A stretch of DNA of 62,967 nucleotides, filler included, from Lenisia limosa (Eukaryota; Protista; Breviatea), in assembly GCA_001655205.1 (NCBI GenBank). It is 13 parts of 13 records of this genome, joined end to end, with 100 filler letters (N's around TTAATTAATTAA, not from the genome) between each part and the next. Parts side by side here need not be neighbours in the genome. Positions count along the whole stretch, not along the records: positions 1 to 25,578 come from LPNZ01002563.1; 12 more parts are not named here. One strand, given 5' to 3'. Below the pieces are notes generated by a model, which was not told where the DNA came from, ran no database searches, and saw only the letters and a program-made list of their open reading frames with translations. A program made the position numbers and the translations under genes. This document shows positions 1-12,000 of this stretch, piece by piece (position 1 is the stretch's first letter; the number at the start of each line of letters is the position of its first letter).

Positions 1-1474
1 ATCCCACCATGACCCAAAACTGAGGTTGTTTTTCACTTTTATTAAAACATGAGTATCTGTATGATATCAAACGATATAATAAAAAGTATACATACAGTAG
101 CTATGTCATAATGTAGTATTCCTGTCATTTGTTTTTAAACAATAACATCATGAGGCATGGAGATGGTGTTCCTTAGACTCGGTGACCCTTGATTTGGTCA
201 ACCGCAACGTTTTGAGGTTTTACATTGACCAGCGCTAAAACACGTAGGAGACTCGCCCCATCATCGATACCGTCGACTGCAGTCCCAAGGCACTTGACCC
301 TCTAGTATGCTTCTTAGGCTTTATTTCTGACCGTTTTACGGAGGTTTCTTCAAATGCTGTCTCCTTTTAGCTGTTTTATTAATAATAATTATGAATAGGG
401 TTCGGTTCAAATCGTGGAGGACCTCCTCACATTACACCGAATCCTCGTCAAGCGAATTATATGATATAATATGAATGTTCTCTTTAACCCATTAGATCCA
501 CGACCAAGACTTAAGCGTCTATTAGGCCATCGTCAACAAGATACCTGTTTGGCGTGCGGCCGGCCTTTCGTAAACTTTTTACCCTATGTTTAGTCCCGGC
601 ATCTATGAGGTCCTGTTGTCACCGCGTCTTCTCTGGGCTTTCGACACTTCCCAGTTTTCACTTTCGATAGATATTCTGATCATTGACCTTGTACGCCACT
701 TTCCCACCATTGCCAATTCCCTCAATTGCCATTTGTATTTCCATTTGGTTGAGGAAATGCACCGGTCTGGTTCGTCTAAACGAGTTTGAGGGAGCTCTAA
801 CAGTGGAAACTATTTTGGAATTGTTTTTTGTTTTTTTTTTGTTCTTAAGGTGGTAGTTCACGTTGTACTTTGGTGATTCAAGCAAGAAGGTATTACTTCA
901 TATTGCTAAGGTTGGTGGGACTATTTCCTTTTTCGAAGAACTAAGCTAGTAGTAGTGATTTGTAGACAGAAATTATAGCTAAATTTTTGTCTTTGGGACC
1001 GAAAGTAAACTTTTAGGGACTGAAAAAAAGCGAAAAAAAAGCGAAAAATCCTGACCAACGACCACCCAGTATTTTTTTCTGTATTAGTGTGTTATTTATA
1101 CTTTTTTCCTTCCCAATACACATTTAGTTAAATATTAACAATGGTTTTAGCGAGATTAACTTACAATAAGTTCGATATTAAGTCTTTTCTCAGAGAAAAC
1201 CCGCGTCACTCCGAGAAAATTAGAATTCCTGACACCAAGGGACAGTCTGTCATTAGAGATGACGATTTGTTTAATTGAATTTAGGCCTGGACAACAGGGT
1301 TTGCGTCATTTATTCGCCCTATTAAGAGGATTAATGATATCTCAACTCAATAGGTCTAAAAGTGATGAGGTATGGTGGTTACAAAAGTGATGAGCTTTAA
1401 TTTTGGTAATAATCCAGGTGGCATTATATTCGCTATTATGCATCCTTGTTGAGTTCGGTAAGATAAGCCGACAG

Positions 1475-4400
1475 CAATTACCCAACATCACCGGACCTTC
1501 CTGCACATATGACAGGTTTTCAATTGTTTGGAGTGGACATTTATTTCTTGGCACCCACAGAGTCTGGATGAATCTTTGCGTTCGAAACATGTGTTGCGTA
1601 TTCAAGATGAGTCGAAAAGTAAAAAAAGGCTCCAAGAAAGAAAAACAAAAAAAAAAGTTCACAAAATAGTTAGAAACAGCAATCAATGAAAGGGGAGCAC
1701 TCAGCATTTCAATAGTTTGCCCCCTGCACCATCTCCAAACCAATTCCAAGAAATATGATAATTTGATATGCAAACTTATAATAGAAAATGATAAATGATA
1801 ATGGAACAGAAGCATCCACACATAATATACCAATAAACGTCCATGTAACAAACCTCTGTATCTCCAGGGTTCGCCAGGGCAAGCCTAGCACCTGGAGAGT
1901 CCAACTCAAAGATTTCATTTTCCAGAAGCATGGAATTTGAGTGCCTGTCGCGTGGTAAGACCTATTTGTGAACCCAAAAGTAACAATAAGAACATAGGAC
2001 ATACCAACTGCCCTTACCGAGAAGTTTTTAATTCCGGCGGCGCAAGTGCCTCAATACGGCTGTCCACGACACTCAAACTCACAATCGCAGGCACGGGCCG
2101 GCCAAACAGCGTTGTTGCAATATTGAGCTTCACCTCCGTGCCGGGGGAATAGCTTGGTCTGGAAGGTGTTGGAGAGGGGCAAATTATTGGAAATGACAGG
2201 ATTTATATTTTGTATGTACAATGTAGTATTATACATGTACATATGATATCTATCATTCCCTCTCCCTTACAACAATAAAAATGTTAGAATTCTGTTTAAA
2301 AAGTAGGCTTTGCAAGAAACAGTTGCTGGTCGCAGTTGGGCCAAAAGTGTTACTAGAACTGTCACAAACCTGTCGGAAGTGACGGTGACGCTGAGGCCTG
2401 GTGGAGGGGGCACATAGACCAGCCGCTCAGCCATTGGAGTGTCTTGTTCAGTCTCGACCAGCACCAAGCGAACCACTCCGAACACCACTACTGGGCTTGA
2501 TGGAGTCGCTGAAATGTGAAAATGGAGGGAGGCAAGCTCCAGTGATTGTAATACGTAGAGAGAAGACAGTTAAAACAATGACTAGCAAAGGGAAGAAAGA
2601 AGAAGGAATAATATAGCATTGTGGTACATGATTTATCGGTATGTTATTTCTGGTGAGCTCAGTGTGCTGATACTATACTATTAGAAGGAAGAAGGAGGAA
2701 GAAGGAAGAAGAAGGAAGAAGAAGGAAAAAGAAGGAAGGGGGAGGAAGAAGCCAAGCTGGAAGTGTGAAATCATTATATTGTAAATATATATATATTTGA
2801 TGTATAGCACTGAGAAATCAAAAATAAGGTAGTATTATCAGGCCGAAGCCATCCACACCATCACGCTTATAATATTGGATTATATATCATATTAACCCAA
2901 TCATTTGCCTTACAACTCTGTGCACACAGCTTTCTGCGTGCCTCCCCGATACTCTGTATGAAGAAGATACATCTGGTACCTACACGTTGGGTTTTGGAAG
3001 GATTTCCCGGTTGGTAAATTAGCCACGTCATTCTTGGTCATAGCCATGCCATCCATAAGGCTGGCAATTGGGAGGGTCACGATAGAGGCGGTTCGAGATA
3101 CCAGGTTCATATTACGTGCCATGACCTGCACGAGTGTGAGATAATCCAAATGTTTAATCAAGAGCAAGAGCCCTCACCTCTGCATTCTTGACAAACGCTT
3201 TGATTGTGTACTGTCGCGTGTGCGTTGACCATGCCTATCCAGTCACAATCACATCAGCAACAAACAAAAGAAAACAATCAACAATCTGATTTGTACCCAA
3301 GTACCATGAAATATGAGCACTTTCCCGATAGTTGGTTACTAAGCCCCCCAACTCTAAGCCCCCCAACATGCACTCTGATCTCAGAACATGACATATCGCC
3401 ATTGCTGTTCCTAATGCTCTTAGGACAGTTGCCAGAAACTACGTCGGCATGAAACACGGCACCGGCGGGGGTGGCAGGAGGCAGGCATTCAACTGTACTA
3501 CAAGAGTAAACAGGAGTGTCGTGATATCAAAAATGTGCAAAAAACAAATCTTAAAGCACTTTGGGATGGAAATGAGCAAAAAATATATATCATGTGTTTA
3601 GCAAAATGGAATTGATGACATTTTCCTCGTCTTACCCACTTGATTCCAAGAGGGTAGACAACCATCGCACAGATTTTTGACACTGAAAGGTCAGTGATGA
3701 AGGACTAGAACTAACCCTACATAAGCGCTACCTGTACTATATCATATGGAAGTGTTGAATATGTGGAACAAATCCTAGGTAAGGTATACCCGTATCTTTT
3801 AATAATTTCTCATTACTACATATGCATATACAGTTCTCTAAAAAGGAGAAACGTCGCTAACGGCTCATTTCTCAATACCATTTCATACTCTTTGAGGAGG
3901 AAGGGGTCAGAAGAGGCGAAATGGCATACCCGTCCTTGAAGGTCGTAATACGGCCTAAATCGCCGAAACACTAACAGGTTAGGCTATTTTCAGTTCAGTT
4001 CAATTTCTTTGGTTCGATGGTCGAAACGCAGAATTCAGTACACCTCCACTTTACCTCAGATAAAGTTCCATCTTGCTCCACCGTCATTGAACAGAACTTT
4101 ATGGTCGCCTTCGTAGTCATGGGAGAATGGACACAATGCGTCAGACATATGAACGCTTATCTTTCAACAAATTTCGTGTCAAAATTAGGTAAATTAGAAC
4201 ATCAACGTGTAAGAATTAAAAGAGGCATTTTTTCTCAGCCAATCAAACACCATTTCATTAGAAGATAAAATAAAAAAGGTGTATAATATGATATAATACG
4301 ACTATGCCGGATTTATTATCTACCAATAACCATGAATTTACAGCAACATCCGTAACCCCCACCCACCTGTATGGGTCTATTTGAAAGGTCCTTCGTTTCA

Positions 4401-7035
4401 ACATAAACCCTTGAACCAATACCACTAAAACGCCATTAAAACTGAATAGTAGTACATGTAGTATGATATACTGTTGGTATGACAAATAACGACACAACAC
4501 CTCCCCCCACTTGACTAAATGGCCTGTTTCAGGGTGCAGCCTGAGGTTGATCCGAGACAATACAAGGGGAATCGGCCGGGTGAGTGACACTGAAGAACCA
4601 GATTCCTCAGCTAAGCATACCAGGGAAAGGGAACCCATTCCATCCTAAACAGTCAAACGCTCAGTTATATAAATTTTTCTACTACCTAATGCATGCTTAT
4701 GATCGATAGAAAATACAAATAACTACCAGTTGTCAAAAGTGAAACTAGGAGTTGTTTAATGTGTCAAATCTTCGGTTATAAAGATGACTAGGGGAACCCA
4801 TATGTTGCCCCCCCCCCCCNNNNNNNNNNNNNNNNNNNNNNNNNNNNNNNNNNNNNNNNNNNNNNNNNNNNNNNNNNNNNNNNNNNNNNNNNNNNNNNNN
4901 NNNNNNNNNNNNNNNAGGGGTAACGCGCCTCTTTGGTAGTTGCCATCAACCACTGCCTCCCACGACAGCTACATCCGGTATTAATGCAACTCCATTGTCC
5001 ACTAAACAATACAAGTTGCATTCTTAAAATCTGTTCTGTGTCTACTGCAGTATTCACTCATATACGTACGTACATATACATATATATATCATATTTATCA
5101 TCTGAAAAAAAAAAAAATAATAGTAGGTAGATTATATTATCTATAGTAGTAGATAATATACTAATTATTCAACGGCAATAGAGTATTCATTATATGATAT
5201 GAAAGAAAACTGTTTGTCCATACTGTGAGGGCACGCGGGGAGGGTCCGGAGGCCTTCATGCACTCCACATCAACTACCACCTATAATAATAAATACTGGG
5301 AAATAAATAATGAAAGGGCTTAGAAACAGAAAGACTGGGAAATAGAGAAGACAATAACGACAACATCAATCTTTGAAGAGGACATATTTTTAATAATAAA
5401 GTGGCACCATCATGAATCCCCTCACGTTATCACCAGTTGAATAGCCACTGCTTGCGTATTCTGCCTAAAAACATGTCAAGGTCTGAAAATTGGTCTTTCC
5501 AAGATATTTCTAGAAAATGATAAAGAACAATGTACAATGAAGCGTTTAATACTACATAACTGCTCCAATATGTATATCTGATGTGATATAATATGTATAT
5601 AGTATATAATATGATGTTATATGCTATAAGACAGAAAAATCCGTACCAGTAGTTTGAGAGTTTGAAGTTGATAAGATTGGACTGAGAATTTCCTGGTAAC
5701 TTTTGGGAAACTAAATGTGAACGATGCAACACCACTGAGACGAACCATCAATACCGGTGCCTATTAACCAGCAAAGAGGTAATTACAGACGGCTGATATT
5801 TGCCTACCCCCTACCCTGGTAACTTGGAGATGATGGTTGCGTTATACACTCCCCCAGGGACTTGGGAAGGAAGGGTCCAATCACAAGCAAATGTCCCGTC
5901 TGAGTGTAAGAGGGTGTTTATTGGAGTTTCCGATGAATATCATTTGAGAATTTACAGGAACAATATCCGTGTTTTGTTCCTGAAATGCCCACAAGAATGA
6001 ATCATCTTTACCAACCCCAATAGCTTTAACCTCATATTTCTACCCACAGAGGCAAGTAACACTCACAAATAGTCGACTACCATCCCTTCATACCCCGAGA
6101 GAGACAATGTGACGTTGCAGTGACATCCCCCTTTGGCCCTCTAATTTCGAGGGACAACCCAGTGGACACCGAACGCTCCAGAGTGCGGTTCAATGCTAGA
6201 TGATGTGAAAACCCAACGCTGGAAGTGAGTAAAAAATTCAGAGTATTCGTACCAAAAATAAAGCTCAAAACAAAATGCCTATACCCCCCACACAGTTAAT
6301 CATAATGCCAGAGAAGCGGGCAGTTTCGCCTGGCTTATAGATCGGGCGGTCGGCCACAAGAGAAGATGTCATCTTCTGACTGGGGGAAGACCAAGTCTGA
6401 TGGAGCACTTCCTATGATGGTGTGGGTGAATGGGAATAAGGTTTAAAGATTCCACATTATTAATTAGTTATTGCTGCAAATGGTATAAAAGCTCCACACC
6501 CTTTCCCACAAACTCAATTCCAAATATTGATCCTAAGCCTGTTCATTAATTACTGTACTCCAAAAAAAACCCTCAACAGCCCCATACCAGCCCATACCAA
6601 AATGGCCTCGTTTTCAGCGTCAATAGGGAACATTCGAACTGATTTATCATTTGCGGAAGAGCAAATTGACGAGGAGAATGGAGAGATGATAAAGAAAGGA
6701 AAGGGGAAATGAAGAGGAAAGATGATACTCATTCTAAGCTCTTCATTCACCACAACGTTTTAAAAAAATGATGAAAAAGAAAGGCTGAACTTACCTTCAA
6801 ATGCCCTCTCTCCACGCAGCCACTGTGCGCCAGTCAAGAGGGCCACAATACAAACAATCAGTAATATGAAGACATAGATGAAGGATGTCAGCTTGGTGCG
6901 GAGGGGGACGACAGAATGAGGCTGAGGAGGATCATTGGGATAGTATGGCGGAGATGCATCGCTGTCTCGAGTAGGGAGCTCCGATTTAAGATTTCTTCGT
7001 CTTGAAGCGTTAGACATGGCACCAAACACCATCAT
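1475..7035 (-). CDS. Multi-exon alpha-2-macroglobulin-like (MG2 / A2M_N_2 domain) protein with N-terminal transmembrane anchor; 3' end unresolved, may continue past the left edge
   Basis: Spliced minus-strand exons give, in order: MMVFGAMSNAS...KLTSFIYVFILLIVCIVALLTGAQW (TM, 7035-6795); ADRPIYKPGETARFSGIM (~6360-6300, MG2 'DRPIYxPGE' motif); LEIRGPKGDV; FACDWTLPSQVPGGVY; RKFSVQSYQLQTLKLL-AEYASSGYSTGDN-VVVDVE; PIPLVLSRINLRLHPETGHLV (~4590-4510); GVVRLVLVETEQDTPMAERLVYVP (~2480-2400); PSYSPGTEVKLNIATTLFGRPVPAIVSLSVVDSRIEAL (2158-2018); MLLENEIFELD (1944-1854). Splice phases were consistent where checked. No thioester CxEQ motif seen in the window. Confidence 0.82.
2797..2940 (-). repeat. Dispersed non-TIR repeat family C (~150 bp) in an intron of the A2M-like gene
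   Basis: Consensus GCAGAAAGCTGTGTGCACAGAGTTGTAAGGCAAATGATTGGGTGAATT...CGTGATGGTGTGGACGGCTTCGGCCAGATACAACC(T)nCTCATTGCTATAT. Other copies at 7895-7935 (part), 36365-36460, 37295/37507-37560 (split), 56060-56210, 57570-57680 (deleted), 59297-59445, 61350-61430 (part), all on +. Confidence 0.85.
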
Positions 7036-8801
7036 TTTGACGGCAAAGGGAAGAGGATTCTCCTTCTCCTTTCAGAAGAAGGTAAGACGAGTCGAGCCTC
7101 AACCACTCTCTACCCGCCAATTTGTTGCTAAACAGCAAAAACTACCAAATTGCAACACTATCTTACTTTTACTTTCTTATCCTTTTCCTCTTTTTCGGAA
7201 AAATATTTTCAAAATTGAAATGTTTACATCATTTACATTTGGGGGGGAGGGGTGGCACGTACCCAAACTGACTGTTCTTTCTGTTTGCTTTAGTAGTATC
7301 TATGATAATTTGATCAGTAAAAGGGGACGATTACCTCAATGATTTTGCTATTTTGCTCCAATAGATATTAATACATTATTTCGTTATTTGAGTTCAATCA
7401 AGTTCAAGTTCAAGTTCATCAAGAAGTTCATTATTCCCTCATTCTTGCCTCCTCTCTCAATAGTATCCTCCATTCTGAACTCCCCTCTGTCTCCCCTTGA
7501 ATTGCCCCGCTCAATCTCCCCTTGAATTGCTCCGCAATCGTCGGCCCCTGTAGGGTACAGAGTGCGTATCCTCAACAGTGTTTTTTGTGCCAGTATTGTG
7601 ACTGTAGTGGGAGTATTATGATGGAGAAAGCATCATGAGAGTGATGATGATTGATCTTTGAAGATGATACAAGGAAACCTTGGTCAATCAAATGTTTAAT
7701 TTTATTTAGGCAACATTGATGAGGGGATTGGGTGTCGTTTTCTTCGCGGTCCTCTGTTTGGTCTTTCTTGTTAAGAGCGTGAGGTAGGAGTGTTTTTCGA
7801 AGAAAACACAACATGTTACCCGGTCCACTTTGCACCTTGTTTCTATATCGGTCATCACATATCCTCTTACCGTCTTCTGGGACACACATAAATCTGAGCA
7901 CGGAGTTGTAAGACAAATGATTGGGTGAATTAATCAATATCCCAGAGACTCCCTATTTTTATACATAAATGTAGCTATATATCCTCTTACCAAAGGAAAG
8001 GTTGACCTTCTCAGCAAATGATGTCTATCAACTGCTTCATCACACCCTTTGAATATTTAGAGTCCCACCTGGTAACCCCTCACTCAAGACGAATGTCGAT
8101 ATCCCATCCGTTTTGTCTCTGAAAAAGCAGATAATTAACCAGGTTCGTGCGACGTCATATTCTGTGTATAGAGGACATTCACCCATTACCACCCAGGTTG
8201 AAGATTTTCGAGTCAACAGGTTAGACGAACACGAGGATGTACGTGTGAGTGGGTAATGCAAAATGTGACAAATAGTCCGCCATTTTATTGTGAGTTACTA
8301 TTTTCTTCTTACATCATTTGGTATTGAGAGAGACTCTTTTTCCTCTGACTTCCCAGAGTTTCATTTCAAGCCTTGTTGATGGTTTGCCTCAGAGTGTCAT
8401 TAGAGTTTCGTGTCGATTTCATATATTCCACTCTCTATTTGAACTTCTCTTCCATCCTAGACCATCTTTGCGAATTTGAGGGACCGGAGTCAGACCCCGT
8501 CGTCATGGCATCCATGTCACAGCTCCAAAGACCAACATCTATAGGTCTCTACAGTGTTCAAGTAGACCTTAATGTAGGCTGGGAAGTAAGTCTTGATTAA
8601 AAACTAGATAAATGACCCCACCCGTTTTATGATATTATTATAGTAATGCGAACATAGATGTATCTGATACTGTCATGTTTTGCGTGAGGCTGATAATTGA
8701 CGTAAAGAGACATTCTCATGGTCTTAAACAATGTAGGGAGACTGTAGCCCCAAGGATTTGCCGTTCCTCTCAGAAACCCTGACCTGTCATCCCACCTCTG
8801 G

Positions 8802-8951
8802 ATGGTCTAAGAACACCAAATGTTATTCAAGTACATGGGGATTATGGTCTAAGAACACCAAATGTCATTCAAGTCAATGGGGATTATGTCATTCAAGTCA
8901 ATGGGGATTCAAGTACATGGGGATTATGTCATTCAAGTCAATGGGGATTAT
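8802..8951. repeat. Imperfect minisatellite (GGGGATTATGTCATTCAAGTCAAT-like units) just upstream of the Cys-rich gene
   Basis: Repeated ATTCAAGT(AC/CA)ATGGGGATTA and CTAAGAACACCAAATG segments. Confidence 0.85.
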
Positions 8952-9029
8952 TTTCTCTGACAAGTATCAAATTTTTTGACGATGTGTTACAGTTTTTATT
9001 GTGTGTTCTACTCAAAACGCCATTTTAAA

Positions 9030-12000
9030 TATGGATCACGACCGCCCAGACTGTCTGAAATGCATTGCTGCCGACAAGTTCCGAAGTGTCGAGTGCGACC
9101 CCGGTGTGGCTTCAGACGTGTGCGACTTTTGTGCAAATCAATTCCGAAACGACAGGGCCGGCCATTTCTGTGGCACTTGCATGGTTACTGGGGGGTATCA
9201 TCGATCGTATTACCACGGTGCAAGATGAACTTCTCTTATTTAATGTCAAGTTACAATATTCAGGACACATATTGGCATGCCACCCTTAACAGGAATGACG
9301 AGACGGCAGTGTGTAACTGTATGTTTTTCAAATATCTGGAGGCTTCCATCATACCATTTTGTTGCCTGGACTTCATCAGTTCTTAATAAATACATCGTAG
9401 CTGGAACCTTTTCTTGGTGCTAGTATTAACTATCAAGCCTGTAACCTCTGTGACAATACGGCCGAGTACCTGCACACAGGCTGCACAAGCGACACGGACA
9501 CCGTCTGTGACAGTTGTAGCTCTATTCACCGAGAAGGAATCGGCGGTGATAGGTGTGGTCCTTGTCTGGACGGCTATTACCATNNNNNNNNNNNNNNNNN
9601 NNNNNNNNNNNNNNNNNNNNNNNNNNNNNNNNNNNNNNNNNNNNNNNNNNNNNNNNNNNNNNNNNNNNNNNNNNNNNNNNNNCAGTCTGTGACCTCTGTG
9701 AGCTGACTCACCAATATCTGAAAATCCCATGCTCCAATGTCAATACCGTTTGTGACACGTGTGACAATCTGAATCGACTGGGCTTGACAGCATCATCATA
9801 TTGCGGGGATTGCAAGGACACGTTCTTCCATTTGACTGAGGGTAGTGTTGCTTCAAGATTGAAGTGTTCTTGTAAGCAATGTGACAATCATGTCTTTTTT
9901 TTCTCACCCATACAGAGTAAAAGGTGGCGTAAAATACTGATTGGATTCCTTCTACCTACTTACTTCCTTATACTAATAGACTACAAAAACCATCTTCGTT
10001 TTTTCTTTTGTTATATAAGCGATAATGGTATTTTGCAAAATAATAAGTCCCCAGCTCAAAATTACTTTGACCTTCTAGCTTGTCATCTTTGTCCCAATGT
10101 TGAGTTCGTGACACAACCCTGCACAAAAGTATGCATGCGTGTTTGAGTAAGAGCTATCTCACGTTTGTGAAAAACTAGTCTGACCCCCCCAGAACACGGA
10201 CACGGAATGTGCTGCATGCAGCAGCAGGAACCGTGAGGGTAATAATGGCATTATCTGCGGTCGCTGCGCATCAACATTCTTTAACACCGGTGATGGCGCT
10301 TCAAATAGCAACTCAGTCTGCAACTGTTGGGGGGGGGGGGNNNNNNNNNNNNNNNNNNNNNNNNNNNNNNNNNNNNNNNNNNNNNNNNNNNNNNNNNNNN
10401 NNNNNCCCAGCAGCGTGCAACCTTTGTAGTGGTGCAGCCATCTACCTCAAGGAAGCCTGTCAGAACAACAAAGACACAGTGTGCGATAGCTGTTCAAATG
10501 TCAATAGATTTGACTCTTCTGGAGACGCCTGTGGTCCGTGTTTCAGCGGCTACTACCACTTTGACGAAGACTCAGACGGCCATATTTCAACTTGCAACTG
10601 TATGACGGTTACTGTCAGTAGCTGCAAGTACTTTATTTTAACAAATGTACAAATTACGAGATATTATTTTCTGTTTTGTGCTGTCAAAATATTATGGACC
10701 ATTTTAGTTTGCTCGTTATGTGATGAATCGTACCACTACCTGAAGACACCATGTTCCAATGTTGACACCGTGTGTGACACGTGTGCTAACCTGAATCGCC
10801 TCAACCTAGCTTCTTCTTCATATTGTGGCAACTGTCAGAGCTCTTACTTCCATTTGACTGAAGGAAATGTTCCGTCTCGAGCGGAGTGCACTTGTGAGGG
10901 GGAGGCAGCAACAATACATCGAATGCGATATAATATATAATATAATATAATATTACCTGAAGTGGGTTAATATGTACTGTAACGCTAATAAAGAAAAAAA
11001 ACCTGTGAAAAAGCAAAGGGTGAGCCAAGGGATCCCAAATTCATGGTTTTTTTGCATCGTCAAATCTTTTTCCAAACCCCAGAACACTATTAATAACAAT
11101 ATCTGTCGCAATACTTTGTTGCCTGCACGGAACCCTATTTTACCATATTTTAAATAAAAAAAAACCCCTTTTTAAACGACCTTTGACACAACGAAGCATG
11201 TTCTTACAATATAACGTACTTTACAAGGAACACTGTGCCTTTATAAAATAGCGAGATTAATCGGGTTAGTTCAAGGTAGCATACATGACGCATGATATAT
11301 ATGTATATTACTATGTTGTATATATTAACAGTAGACAAATCATATATTACACATAGCTACATGCTATGTATGAGAATATGACATGATGTTCTTTGTTCTA
11401 ACCAATTCAGCATGTTTGGTTTGTCCCAATTCGCATTTCATCAATTCACCATGTTCTTTGGTTAGTGTTGGTTTTTGCTATATTTGAGATCATTTTCGCT
11501 GGTAATGGTACTGTTTTGACGTATTTTAGACAACTGACACTGTTTGTGATTCATGTGTGTCCAAAAACCGAAACGGGAACAACGGCATTATCTGTGGTAC
11601 CTGTGCAAACTCGTTCTTTAACACCTTTGACGGACACTCCAACAGTAATTCGCTCTGTAGTTGTGAGTGGGCGTTAAGCAATCAATATTATATTACTAGG
11701 TTTTCTTGTTGATATTCCTTTCAAATGCAGTCATCAGTTCCAAACACTCCTCACCAGCAGCGTGCAACCCTTGTAGCGGTACAGCCATATTCCTCAAGTT
11801 AGCCTGTCAGAACAACAAAGATGCAGTGTGCGAAATGTGTTCAAATGTCAATAGATTTGACTCTTTTGGAGTCACCTGCGGTCCGTGTTTCAGCGGCTAC
11901 TACCATTTTGACGAAGACATGGACGGCCATATTTCAACTTGTAGCTGTATGTAGGAGTTTTTTTTTCTTTTCATCACCTTTGTCCCTTATTATTGATGAT

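Noticed and set aside
135-800. Chromodomain-like (VDQIKGHR) or retroelement remnant on the minus strand
   Set aside because: A stop follows immediately and the aromatic cage residues are absent; may instead be A2M bait-region exons.
7572-7937. SPHQCCLNKIKHLIDQGFLVSSS as the start of a Ty3/gypsy reverse transcriptase
   Set aside because: Only a vague resemblance; no downstream RT motifs (YxDD, LPQG), LTRs, protease or integrase, and splice-like signals suggest ordinary or decayed exons. Left unannotated.
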